This document shows positions 34,290 through 43,458 of a DNA stretch of 64,000 nucleotides, piece by piece. This DNA comes from Candidatus Woesebacteria bacterium. GTDB lineage: Bacteria > Patescibacteriota > Microgenomatia > UBA8517. The stretch lies in NCBI GenBank assembly GCA_020060565.1, contig JAGVAE010000001.1, forward strand, positions 66,671-130,670, written 5' to 3'. Made by a program: the position numbers and the translations under genes. The notes under the pieces were generated by a model. It was not told where the DNA came from. It did not search any database and saw nothing but the letters and a program-made list of their open reading frames with translations. Position 1 is the first letter of the stretch, and every line of letters starts with the position of its first letter.

Positions 34290-35678
34290 GTGATGAAAAT
34301 TAGAACTGCCGGAATCTTCTCTGTTATCTTTTTGTTAGCTACTCTTTTTGCTGGTGTGTATTTGGTTGGGATAAAGACAGGTTTTATCAAAAAAGCTTTT
34401 GGAACTCCTGCTAATTTAATAATTGATTTGGGATCAAGTTTTGCAAATCCTGGAGATTGTTGGAGAAGTTTGGCTCAAGGAGGAGAATCAAGGGGTAGAA
34501 TGATTGCTCCTGCAATTTCTGAAGTTAAAAAACTTCAACCTCAATATATTCGTATTGATCACATTTATGATAACTATAATGTTGTAAGGCGTGACGGGGG
34601 ACAACTTGCTTTCAATTGGCAGGAATTGGATCTGATTATTCAAGACATTTTGGCAACTGGTGCTAAACCTTTCTTAAGTCTTTCCTATATGCCACCCGCA
34701 ATTTCCAAAGATGGCAATGTGGATAGTGTTCCCACTAACTGGGTAGAATGGCAAATAGTTGTTCAAAAAACCATAGAGCATGTTAGTGGTAAAGGAGGAT
34801 TAAACTTAAGTGGAGTTTATTATGAAGTTTGGAACGAACCAGATCTTTTTGGTAGGTTTAAGGCAGGGGGAGACAAAAATTATTTAGATCTCTATTATTA
34901 TGCACAACTTGGAGCCAAATCGGCAAGGGGGGTTAATTCTTTCAAAATTGGTGGTCCCGCTACAACTGGTTTATATAAATCCTGGATAGATGCTCTCCTT
35001 CTAATGGCACAAAGTGGAAAAATTAGGCTAGATTTTCTTTCTTGGCACAATTATTCAAGAGATATAGATAAGTATGATGAGAATATACAAAATATTGCAG
35101 AATGGGTCTCGGCTTATCCAAATTATTCAAATATTGAACTGGTTGTTTCTGAGCTTGGGATAAACAGTGAAAACGACCCAGCATATGACGGTAATCTTTC
35201 AGCTATTCATACTTTGGCCTCTGCCTCTGTTCTCCAAACTAATGTAAACAAATGTTTTAACTTTGAGATTATTGATGGAGCTGGTCCAGAAAAACTGTGG
35301 GGAAGGTGGGGGCTTTTAACTAATGAAAAATTTGGTGCTCCAACTCCAAAAACAAGATTCTATGCAATTCAGTTTTTAAACAGAATGGTAGGGGAGAGAA
35401 TTTCAGTTGGGGGGTCAGGAAGTTGGGTTAAGGCTTTTGGGAGAAACCAGGGAAACAAGTTTAAGATTTTGGTTGTTAATTATGATCCGACAGGAAAACA
35501 TGGAGAAGTTGTACCCTTTAATTTAATAAATTTACCATATAGAAAATTTACAATTAAAAGAATTGATTTTTTGGGAGGAAGTTCAACTCAAACTGTAGAT
35601 ATAGATACCCCCAATTGGAGTACAGACATGGCATTCTCACCGAATTCTGCTAGTATATTTGAGATAGAACCTATATGA
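34290..35678 (+). CDS. Membrane-anchored clan GH-A glycoside hydrolase (GH39-like)
   Basis: N-terminal signal anchor. YYEVWNEPDL (acid/base NEP motif), ...KIGGPATT... and VVSELGIN (candidate nucleophile), as in GH39/GH5 TIM-barrel hydrolases. Confidence 0.6.
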   Translation: MMKIRTAGIFSVIFLLATLFAGVYLVGIKTGFIKKAFGTPANLIIDLGSSFANPGDCWRSLAQGGESRGRMIAPAISEVKKLQPQYIRIDHIYDNYNVVRRDGGQLAFNWQELDLIIQDILATGAKPFLSLSYMPPAISKDGNVDSVPTNWVEWQIVVQKTIEHVSGKGGLNLSGVYYEVWNEPDLFGRFKAGGDKNYLDLYYYAQLGAKSARGVNSFKIGGPATTGLYKSWIDALLLMAQSGKIRLDFLSWHNYSRDIDKYDENIQNIAEWVSAYPNYSNIELVVSELGINSENDPAYDGNLSAIHTLASASVLQTNVNKCFNFEIIDGAGPEKLWGRWGLLTNEKFGAPTPKTRFYAIQFLNRMVGERISVGGSGSWVKAFGRNQGNKFKILVVNYDPTGKHGEVVPFNLINLPYRKFTIKRIDFLGGSSTQTVDIDTPNWSTDMAFSPNSASIFEIEPI

Positions 35679-36289
35679 AAATTGCAAAACCAATACAGGC
35701 ATTAATTGAAAGTTTTCAAAAACTTCCAGGAGTGGGACCTAAAAGCGCACAACGTCTTACTTATTATTTACTCCATGTTCCACAAATCCAATTGGATGAA
35801 TTTTCTGATTCCATAATGCGTCTTAAAAAAGATACTGTTCTTTGTTCAGTTTGTAAAAATATAGGCGAGACCGAGCCTTGTCCAATCTGTTCTGATAAAT
35901 CTCGGGATCATACGCAAGTTTTAGTGGTTGAGCAGCCCTTAGACATTTTGGCATTTGAAAGAACTGGAAAGTTCAAAGGTGTGTATCACGTTCTTCATGG
36001 AGCAATTAATCCATTGGAAAATATTGGCCCCGATGAAATATATATCCAACAGCTGTTGGATAGAATCTCGAATATGGAATCTGGAATTAAGGAAGTAATA
36101 ATAGCGACAAACCCAACAATGGAAGGAAATGCAACGGCTATGTATTTGCGTAAGCAAATACAATTACTAATTACTGATAACCAATTACTAATCACTAGAC
36201 TTGGGATGGGTATCCCCACAGGCGCAGATCTAGAGTATGCTGATGAGACAACACTAACCCAAGCTCTCGAAGGAAGAAGAGAGATATAA
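35675..36289 (+). CDS. recR: Recombination protein RecR
   Basis: HhH (LPGVGPKSAQRL), a C4 zinc finger (CSVCKN...CPICSD) and a Toprim domain (...IATNPTMEGNATAMYL). Confidence 0.9.
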   Translation: MKIAKPIQALIESFQKLPGVGPKSAQRLTYYLLHVPQIQLDEFSDSIMRLKKDTVLCSVCKNIGETEPCPICSDKSRDHTQVLVVEQPLDILAFERTGKFKGVYHVLHGAINPLENIGPDEIYIQQLLDRISNMESGIKEVIIATNPTMEGNATAMYLRKQIQLLITDNQLLITRLGMGIPTGADLEYADETTLTQALEGRREI

Positions 36290-36297
36290 CAAAAAAG

Positions 36298-36837
36298 ATG
36301 ACTAATCTTGCCCAGGATACCACAAAATCTGCAAAAAACTTAGCTCAACAAATTGCTAAACAGATGGTTCGTGAACCTTTAGAAATATTAAAGGATGCAC
36401 GGGAACAAACTACTGGACAGGAACTGTCTGGACAACCAAGCAATCAACAAACAGAATCTTCAGACAATCAAAATAAACAGATTGAACAGCAAAAAGAAAT
36501 TCAGGACAAAATGAAAGCGGGCAGGAGGATGGAGGCACTAAACCGTGAACTTGATGACATTCACAAACAAAAAAAATTTTCCGAACTTCAAAAAAGGATT
36601 TCAGAAGGAGAAGAAATTTCTCTAGAAGAATACCCAGAGCTTTCAATGGAACAGAAACAAGTCTTGAAAGCCCAAATGGAAGCTGTAAAAGTACAAAGTA
36701 CTAAGTACAAAGTACAAAGTACTGGTCTTGTTGAACCTGCTACCAAAAAAGGAAGACAACTATTTAACTTTGGTAAAAAACAGGCGATGAAGAATGAACA
36801 AACACGCGTAGAAAAACCCATTCCTCCAAGCGGATAA
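36298..36837 (+). CDS. Hypothetical Q/E/K-rich coiled-coil protein
   Basis: Low-complexity ORF. It contains a tandem DNA repeat (GTACAAAGTACT units) that encodes KVQSTKYKVQST. Confidence 0.4.
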   Translation: MTNLAQDTTKSAKNLAQQIAKQMVREPLEILKDAREQTTGQELSGQPSNQQTESSDNQNKQIEQQKEIQDKMKAGRRMEALNRELDDIHKQKKFSELQKRISEGEEISLEEYPELSMEQKQVLKAQMEAVKVQSTKYKVQSTGLVEPATKKGRQLFNFGKKQAMKNEQTRVEKPIPPSG

Positions 36838-36856
36838 TCTGATACAATAGCCTTAA

Positions 36857-38227
36857 ATGGATATATATATAACAAATACCTTAACCCGTAAAAAGGAAAA
36901 GTTTGAGCCAATAAATGATAAAAAGGTTAATCTTTTTGTGTGTGGACCAACCGTTTATGATCATTCGCACTTGGGACACGCAAAAACCTATACACAATTT
37001 GACATTTTAGTACGTTTTTTACGAAGTCTTGGCTTCGATGTCTTCTATCTTCAGAATATTACGGATATTGATGACAAAATAATAAACCGAGCTAGAGAAA
37101 CTAACGTTGCATGGAAGACTTTAACCGAAAAGTACGAAAAATTTTATGTTGAGGATATGCACCGACTTAACAATACTTCTGTATCGAAATATGCTCGGGC
37201 GACGGACTATATTGAGCAAATAGTTAAGCAAGTTAAAACACTTATGGAAAAAGGATTTGCCTATACAATAGATGACGGAATATATTTTGAAATTTCCAAG
37301 TTCTCGGACTATGGTAAGCTTTCGGGGCGTACTGAACTTAAACAAGGGGATTCGGAGTCAAGAATTGATGAAAATAAACAAAAAAGAGGTTGGAATGATT
37401 TTTGTTTGTGGAAATTTTCAAAACCAGACGAACCTTGCTGGAAAGCTGAATTTGGAGACGGTCGACCTGGATGGCACATAGAAGACACGGCCATTACCGA
37501 GACATTTTTTGGACCACAATACGATATTCATGGAGGAGCGGTTGATCTTATAATTCCACATCATGAGGCTGAAATTGCTCAAATGGAATCTGCATCTGGT
37601 AAAAAACCACTTGTCAGATACTGGCTGCATACGGCATTCTTAATGGTTGATGGTAGAAAGATGAGTAAAAGCTTGGGAAATTTTTACACAATAAGTGAAG
37701 TAATTGAAAAAGGATTTGATCCCTTAGCACTTAGATATTTATTCTTGGGAGCACACTACCGCGATACCCTAAATTTTACATGGGATTCATTAGAAGCTGC
37801 TCAAAATGGGTTTAAAAATCTTAAGAGTCAAATTGCAAATTTAAAATCTCAGACCGATCGGACTACTCTGTCGCCAGAGAAGGAGAAGAAGATTGATGAG
37901 TATAGAGTGAGGTTTATGGAAGCCCTTAATGATGATTTAAATACCCCCAAAGCACTTGCAGTAATGTGGGAGATGTTAAAAAGCAACATTCCCTCAGCCG
38001 ATAAATATGATTTAGCAATGAGTTTTGATGAAGTCTTGGGGTTGAAGCTAGAATCTGGAATTTCGAATCTAGAATCCAATCTCCCAGATGACGTAAAAAT
38101 ACTAATGGAAAAAAGAGAAGGATTAAGGAAACAAAAAAAATTTGAGGAAGCGGATACTATAAGGAAGCAAATTGAAGAATTGGGTTACAAAGTCAATGAT
38201 TCATCAGTGATTGACGCATCTAGGTAA
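36857..38227 (+). CDS. cysS: Cysteinyl-tRNA synthetase
   Basis: VCGPTVYDHSHLGHAKT (HIGH) and KMSKSLGN (KMSKS). Confidence 0.9.
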   Translation: MDIYITNTLTRKKEKFEPINDKKVNLFVCGPTVYDHSHLGHAKTYTQFDILVRFLRSLGFDVFYLQNITDIDDKIINRARETNVAWKTLTEKYEKFYVEDMHRLNNTSVSKYARATDYIEQIVKQVKTLMEKGFAYTIDDGIYFEISKFSDYGKLSGRTELKQGDSESRIDENKQKRGWNDFCLWKFSKPDEPCWKAEFGDGRPGWHIEDTAITETFFGPQYDIHGGAVDLIIPHHEAEIAQMESASGKKPLVRYWLHTAFLMVDGRKMSKSLGNFYTISEVIEKGFDPLALRYLFLGAHYRDTLNFTWDSLEAAQNGFKNLKSQIANLKSQTDRTTLSPEKEKKIDEYRVRFMEALNDDLNTPKALAVMWEMLKSNIPSADKYDLAMSFDEVLGLKLESGISNLESNLPDDVKILMEKREGLRKQKKFEEADTIRKQIEELGYKVNDSSVIDASR

Positions 38228-38248
38228 CATTAGTATTATTAAAGATAT

Positions 38249-38992
38249 ATGCCAGACCAAAATAAATCTGCTCAAGCTTCACCGTTTGAAATAATAACTC
38301 CTGGAAAATCAAAAAAAATGGGCAAGACTGGGATAATTGTTGCAGTCTCAATAGTTATATTTTTGGTTTTAAGTGTTGTTGCTGGAGTACTTCTTGTTCG
38401 TCAGCAACAAACCATTCAAGAAAAAGCTGCTTCTTGTGAGGAAGTATGTAGCGGGAATCTTCTTAAGAGTTGCCATCCACCAGACAGTGATGGAACGGCC
38501 AATGAAAGCTTGTGTAATCTAGCAGGAAGAGTGGAAACTTGCGGAGCTTCGTATACGAAATATTGTTGCCCTTCAGCAGGGGGAACTTGGACAACCAACA
38601 TGAGTGCGTGTGCAACGCCTACTCCAACTGTAACAGCAACACCTACGCTAACACCAACTCCTACTTCAACTGGAAGTACTACTACACCAACACCAACCGC
38701 TGGTGGAAATTCATGTAATAGCAGTTGCGGAAGTAATTCAAATTGCGAAAGTGGTCTGTATTGTTATTCAGGTTATTGTAGAAATCCTCTTTGTGCTAGT
38801 GATGCTGCTTGTAGCTGTGGAACAAAAACCTCAACCCCAACCCCAACCGCAACTTCTACTGCGTCAGCTGCAATTTCAGGAACTCAAACAACCCCTCTTC
38901 CAATTCCCGTAAGCGGAACTCATTGGGCAACTTTTGTGGGTATTGGGGTGGGGATAGTTGCAATTTTAGCTTCAGTACTTCTAGCAATTTAA
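38249..38992 (+). CDS. Cell-surface protein with N- and C-terminal TM anchors, Cys-rich modules and a Thr/Pro-rich linker
   Basis: TM helix at residues about 25-48. Cys-rich segments (CEEVCSGNLLKSCHPP..., CNSSCGSNSNCESGLYCYSGYCRNPLCASDAACSC). PTPT linkers. C-terminal TM helix. Confidence 0.55.
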   Translation: MPDQNKSAQASPFEIITPGKSKKMGKTGIIVAVSIVIFLVLSVVAGVLLVRQQQTIQEKAASCEEVCSGNLLKSCHPPDSDGTANESLCNLAGRVETCGASYTKYCCPSAGGTWTTNMSACATPTPTVTATPTLTPTPTSTGSTTTPTPTAGGNSCNSSCGSNSNCESGLYCYSGYCRNPLCASDAACSCGTKTSTPTPTATSTASAAISGTQTTPLPIPVSGTHWATFVGIGVGIVAILASVLLAI

Positions 38993-39441
38993 AGAAGTTT
39001 TTTGAGTTTGAAAGTTGATTTAGTGGAAACAATCCCTACATGGTCTATCAAAGGAAATATTATTCTTAGTTCTGTCTGAAATTTTTCAGCTAAATTTCCC
39101 GTGTAATTTGCGTAACCAGCTTTTTCTGATTGAGAGCAAAGTTTATTTTCCCATTCATTTACAATTTTAAGTATTTTTTCACCTTCTTTATTAAATTCAT
39201 CCTGAAACTTTTCTTCATCCATACCATAATTTGCATGAAGAAGTCTAAATTCATCAAATGCTTTTTTATTTTCCTCAAGCATTCTATTAAAATATTCTTT
39301 GTATTTTGTCACAACGAAAATGGTATCATATTTATTATGAACAAAGAAAGACTTGTAATCTGGGTAAAAATCTTGGCAGTTATTGGAATTCTTCTTGCAG
39401 TTTTTCTTCTTTGGGAACAAATGTTTAGACCAAGTTTCCAA
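38989..39441 (-). CDS. Hypothetical K/N-rich protein (start uncertain)
   Basis: ORF convergent with the surface-protein gene. It overlaps the proposed VKOR start by about 100 nt, so it may start later (for example at M54) or be spurious. Confidence 0.25.
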   Translation of the reverse strand: METWSKHLFPKKKNCKKNSNNCQDFYPDYKSFFVHNKYDTIFVVTKYKEYFNRMLEENKKAFDEFRLLHANYGMDEEKFQDEFNKEGEKILKIVNEWENKLCSQSEKAGYANYTGNLAEKFQTELRIIFPLIDHVGIVSTKSTFKLKKLL

Positions 39442-39738
39442 CCTTGCAACATTAACGCAACAGTAAACTGTGATGCGGTGATTTCTGGGGAAGTATCAAA
39501 AACGTTAGGTATTCCAACCCCCTTAATCGGGCTAGTTGGTTACATAATAATTCTTTTTGCAGCCTTCAGGCAAAATGCAAAATTAATTTTGGGAATGGCT
39601 CTTTTTGGGCTGGTATTCTGTCTTTATATTGCATATCGTGAGCTATTTCAACTTCATGTAGTTTGCCCAGTTTGTATTATGTGTCAGATTGACATGATCT
39701 CCGTTTTTATCCTAGGAATCTTTCTAAATAAAAAATAA
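39337..39738 (+). CDS. Vitamin K epoxide reductase (VKOR)-family membrane protein
   Basis: Four TM helices. A loop Cys pair (CNINATVNCD) and an active-site CPVC within TM4 (VVCPVCIMC). The start is taken at MNKERLVIW inside the longer ORF. Confidence 0.6.
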   Translation: MNKERLVIWVKILAVIGILLAVFLLWEQMFRPSFQPCNINATVNCDAVISGEVSKTLGIPTPLIGLVGYIIILFAAFRQNAKLILGMALFGLVFCLYIAYRELFQLHVVCPVCIMCQIDMISVFILGIFLNKK

Positions 39739-39779
39739 ACAGATAGTTTCAATTTGTTGAGGAGAAAGAATAATCTTCT

Positions 39780-41123
39780 TTAAGCTTTTACATTCTCCTT
39801 AATATATTTTGAAAGAAAGAAAGCGGGGATTATTGAAATTGCCATAAGGATGATGCTTACCAAAAACGTAGAGTCAACAGACTTCTGAGCAGTAGCCATG
39901 AGAGTTGTTTGGGGTTTGCCAACAAATAGCATGCCAATTGTTTTATCCCCTAAAGTTTTTATGGGTGCGTATACTGTGTAGTATGGACGATTAAGAATAG
40001 ATAGGGAACCTATATATGTCTCATTTTTTACCAAAACAGTATCTAGTACTTCACTATTAGTTTCAGTAGTTCCAACAAATCTTGATTTACCATCAGGGGC
40101 TGTAAACGTTGTTGCAGCTCGAATGTTATTACTGAATACCGCCACATCAAGACCAGTAACTTCTTTAACTCCATCAACAAACGCGCTGTCAATAATAAAT
40201 CCAGTGACAACAACTCCTTTATTTTTGATTGGGGAAGCCGCTTTAATGAGAATCTCGGGGGTGGAGTGGCTTGTGTTTGAAACAATTGTACTAAGTGGAT
40301 TACCGATAAAAGCACTCTTGACTACTAAATCTTCAGAAACATTATCTCCAATGCGATCTCTATCTTCAGCTCTCATGATTACTTCTCCCGATGAAGAGGC
40401 AATGGTTAAGAAGTCAGTTTCCTGTGAAAGCATAAAATCAGATGTAATTTTATAAAGTGCATCGGAATTATTTTCCCCCATGGCTTTTTGAAAACCACTA
40501 TCTTGAGCAATAGCCTTTGCATCTGAAAGAGCCTCCATTTGCTGACGATTCAGTGAGTATTGAAAAACATTTACGTCTGTTCTTAAATGAGATAGGGCAT
40601 CTGTCTCTAAGTTTCTAAGTAACAAAAAGACAAAGAAGAAAGTTATGGTTAAAAATATAAATAAGCTAGAACCGACAATAATTGTAAATATTTGAATTTG
40701 TAATCTGAAACGTATATAGCCCCAAATCCAAACCGCCAGTATTCCAGCACCAACAAGAAGTAAAAAGTGATGAATAGACCAAACAACTCCAAAATCAGCT
40801 AGAATTTTTGACCAGAAAACATTGGCCGTGTCTGACCAAAACAGTGACAGATTGATAATTTTTGCCATAGCAAGAAGTAAAAAAGCAAGTGCAGCTGGTT
40901 TGAGCTGCTTTTCTAATCCTTCAGTGGATTTTCGATAATAACAAAGAGCAACTATAATGGTCAAAACGGCCGAGAGGGGGAGAAGGGATTGGGTTATGGC
41001 AGGAAAAATCAAGGGAATAGCAACCAATGCCTTTACCTTTCCAGGCTTATGTAATATTGGCTCTAAAATCAAGCTATAAATAATTAGCCCTAAACCTCCG
41101 ACCTCGACTATCTGTGTCAACAA
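39780..41123 (-). CDS. Polytopic membrane protein with an extracytoplasmic double-Cache-like sensor domain and no output domain
   Basis: About 6 N-terminal TM helices, then a roughly 250-aa extracellular region ending ...NRPYYTVYAPIKTLGDKTIGMLFVGK, a Cache-like signature, followed by a final TM helix. Confidence 0.55.
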   Translation of the reverse strand: MLTQIVEVGGLGLIIYSLILEPILHKPGKVKALVAIPLIFPAITQSLLPLSAVLTIIVALCYYRKSTEGLEKQLKPAALAFLLLAMAKIINLSLFWSDTANVFWSKILADFGVVWSIHHFLLLVGAGILAVWIWGYIRFRLQIQIFTIIVGSSLFIFLTITFFFVFLLLRNLETDALSHLRTDVNVFQYSLNRQQMEALSDAKAIAQDSGFQKAMGENNSDALYKITSDFMLSQETDFLTIASSSGEVIMRAEDRDRIGDNVSEDLVVKSAFIGNPLSTIVSNTSHSTPEILIKAASPIKNKGVVVTGFIIDSAFVDGVKEVTGLDVAVFSNNIRAATTFTAPDGKSRFVGTTETNSEVLDTVLVKNETYIGSLSILNRPYYTVYAPIKTLGDKTIGMLFVGKPQTTLMATAQKSVDSTFLVSIILMAISIIPAFFLSKYIKENVKA

Positions 41124-41347
41124 ATTTACTATTGGAATATTTAGGGAAGTAGTATGGACGGCTGTAGCGGCAGCTAAAAGAAAAACCCCAGGCTTCTTAG
41201 AAGTGGAGTTTTACCTTTTTTATCTAGTTGCCAAGAATCCAAATATAAAAGACCTGCTGCAAAGAAAGTGAAAGCAGTAAAAACAGTGATTGCAAAGTGG
41301 CTGGTATTAAAAAACAATATTTGTGTTAACATTTTCTTGCTATTTCA

Positions 41348-43453
41348 TTATTGCAAATTACTTAACTTTTCTAAAGCATCTTCTTGGCTAAGTACTCCAA
41401 CGTACACTTCCTGGATTTTTCCTTTTGAGTCTATAAAAAAGTGTTGAGGTAAAAGAGTGATTTTAAAATCGCTAGCACTCTGACCGTTTCTATCCACAAC
41501 TACCTGGAATTTATACTTTCCTCTTTTTACAAATGTATCCATGGAAGCGATTGAATCTTGAAGTGAGACAACTAATAAATTTTGATCTTTTAATAAGGAG
41601 CCTGTTAAATTGGAAAGAATTGGCGCCTGTTCAAGTGAAGAGCTGTCCCAAGTTGAAACAAAACTCAAAATAACTTTCTTTCCAGAATAATCTGAAAGTT
41701 TGATTTCTTTTCCATTCAAGTCAGGTAGAGACAAAAGGGGAGAGGCTGTACCTGGTGTAAGAATCAATTGTGATTCTGTGGTAGAGGTAATTGAGGGTTT
41801 AGTAAGTGAATTTGTTTTAACGGTTTGGGGAATAATGGTGGGTGGGCTAAGAACCACTTTACCAAAATAGGGAAGATTTAAAATGATTTTTGGTTTTGAT
41901 TGAAGTGGAAAAATAAAATTCAGTATTTGAGTTTGTGATATATCAAGTATTTCACTCTGTGTGGTAACAAAACCAGGAGCTTTTATTTCAATATAGTATT
42001 TTCCAGGAGGAACCATGTAGCTATAAGAACCATTCTGGGGTGTCTTTTGGGAATTTTCTTGGCCATACGACGTTGAATCCCACAGCATCCAGCTTTTTGT
42101 TGATGTCTCAAAAAGATATAAAGAAACAGTAGCTGACTCAATTGGACTTTTTGTTTTTTCTTCAACCACATTTCCAAAATCTTCTACCTGAATGGGGTAT
42201 AGATTTCTTTCCGTTTTATTTTCAGCCCCATCAATTGCGGATATTTTTATTTCTTTTTCTCCCTCGTTCTCAAACTTCATTTTACCAAACCAAATATTTG
42301 TTCCTGGTGTTTGAGTTAGGTCGAATGATTTTTCTGGAGTAACTACTTGAGCTTGGGTGACTCCACCTTTCATACTTAAAGCAATTGTGGACTCCGTACC
42401 TGCAACTATTCTTAATAAATTATCCTTATCTGGAGTGAGAATCTGTGAACCAAAATATTGTATGCTACCACCAATAATGGGAGGGATGGAGTCGACTATT
42501 AAAGTTTGAATTTCTGATTGACCTATATTTCCAGAAATATCAAAAGCACGAGCCTGAACAGGGTAGTTAGCATCTTCCAAAAACTTGGTTGTTAAATTGA
42601 ACTTAGAACCTACCAGAGTTGCTGTAAACCAAGTTCTTCCACTATCCAAACTTATTTCTACTTTGGAAATAGACAGATAGCTTGAACTAACAGCACCTGT
42701 TATGGTTGGAGTTTGGTCTTTTGTAGGATTAGGCAAAAATTTATTTAGGGTTACTTTTGGTGGTGATATTGTAATATCTGTTTTGGCAAAGCTTGATGAT
42801 TGGGTATATACATTGGCTAACGACTTGCCCCTAACAATCACAGAGTATGTCCCAATAGTAAAAATATTTCCTAAAGAGAATCTGTAATCTTCAGAAATTT
42901 CATCAAATTTTCCATCAACCGCTTCAGTACTTTTCCAGCTAGTACCATTATCAAGGCTGTATTCGACTGAATCAATTACACCGTTTGAAATTGATGCAGT
43001 TCCTGAAAAGTTTAACCCCTTTCCACTTACAGTAACTGACGGAAAATAGTTTGTTGTTGAAGATGTATCTGTTGAAGATGAACTGCTACCAGAATCAGAA
43101 GATGGAGTGGAAGTTGATCCTGGTCCTGGAGTTGGAGTTGGGGTTGATCCTGGTCCTGGAGTTGGAGTTGGTTGGGGAGGTTGGGTTGGGGGAGTTGTCG
43201 GTGGTGATGTGGGAGGTGTGGTTGGACAGGCTCCACAGTCCTGTGGACAGGTGTTACAATTTTCTCCTTGAGATGATTGACAAACCCCATTTGGACACGG
43301 AGCAGCTTCTACTAAGGGGGGGGTGGAAAGATTAAGCACTAAAAAGATAGATATTAGAAAGAAACTCAAAATGTACTTTGGGCAGACTTTTGACATACAA
43401 ATAGTATCGAATTCATTGTAGTATATAGATGAGGGGTATGCTACTGGATACAT
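41348..43453 (-). CDS. Large secreted/surface protein: Cys-rich N-terminal module, PT-rich repeat linker, Ig-like/CarbopepD_reg-like domains, and a C-terminal TlpA-like thioredoxin-fold domain lacking CxxC
   Basis: Signal/TM at the N-terminus. CPNGVCQSSQGENCNTCPQDCGACP. Tandem PTPTPGPGST. GSYSYMVPPGKYYIEIKAPGF is carboxypeptidase-regulatory-like. The C-terminal GKKVILSFVSTWDSSSLEQAP aligns with the TlpA/ResA motif ...NFWA(S/T)WCxPC, with both Cys replaced. Confidence 0.7.
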   Translation of the reverse strand: MYPVAYPSSIYYNEFDTICMSKVCPKYILSFFLISIFLVLNLSTPPLVEAAPCPNGVCQSSQGENCNTCPQDCGACPTTPPTSPPTTPPTQPPQPTPTPGPGSTPTPTPGPGSTSTPSSDSGSSSSSTDTSSTTNYFPSVTVSGKGLNFSGTASISNGVIDSVEYSLDNGTSWKSTEAVDGKFDEISEDYRFSLGNIFTIGTYSVIVRGKSLANVYTQSSSFAKTDITISPPKVTLNKFLPNPTKDQTPTITGAVSSSYLSISKVEISLDSGRTWFTATLVGSKFNLTTKFLEDANYPVQARAFDISGNIGQSEIQTLIVDSIPPIIGGSIQYFGSQILTPDKDNLLRIVAGTESTIALSMKGGVTQAQVVTPEKSFDLTQTPGTNIWFGKMKFENEGEKEIKISAIDGAENKTERNLYPIQVEDFGNVVEEKTKSPIESATVSLYLFETSTKSWMLWDSTSYGQENSQKTPQNGSYSYMVPPGKYYIEIKAPGFVTTQSEILDISQTQILNFIFPLQSKPKIILNLPYFGKVVLSPPTIIPQTVKTNSLTKPSITSTTESQLILTPGTASPLLSLPDLNGKEIKLSDYSGKKVILSFVSTWDSSSLEQAPILSNLTGSLLKDQNLLVVSLQDSIASMDTFVKRGKYKFQVVVDRNGQSASDFKITLLPQHFFIDSKGKIQEVYVGVLSQEDALEKLSNLQ
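43113..43172. repeat. Perfect tandem duplication of a 30-nt unit inside the surface-protein gene
   Basis: GTTGATCCTGGTCCTGGAGTTGGAGTTGGG occurs twice back to back. On the minus strand this encodes PTPTPGPGST twice. Confidence 0.8.
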
Positions 43454-43458
43454 ATCTG

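Noticed and set aside
38989-39441. The full 150-aa minus-strand ORF as a confident gene
   Set aside because: It is a K/N-rich sequence in an AT-rich stretch and overlaps the better-supported VKOR start. It is retained only at low confidence, with a possible later start.
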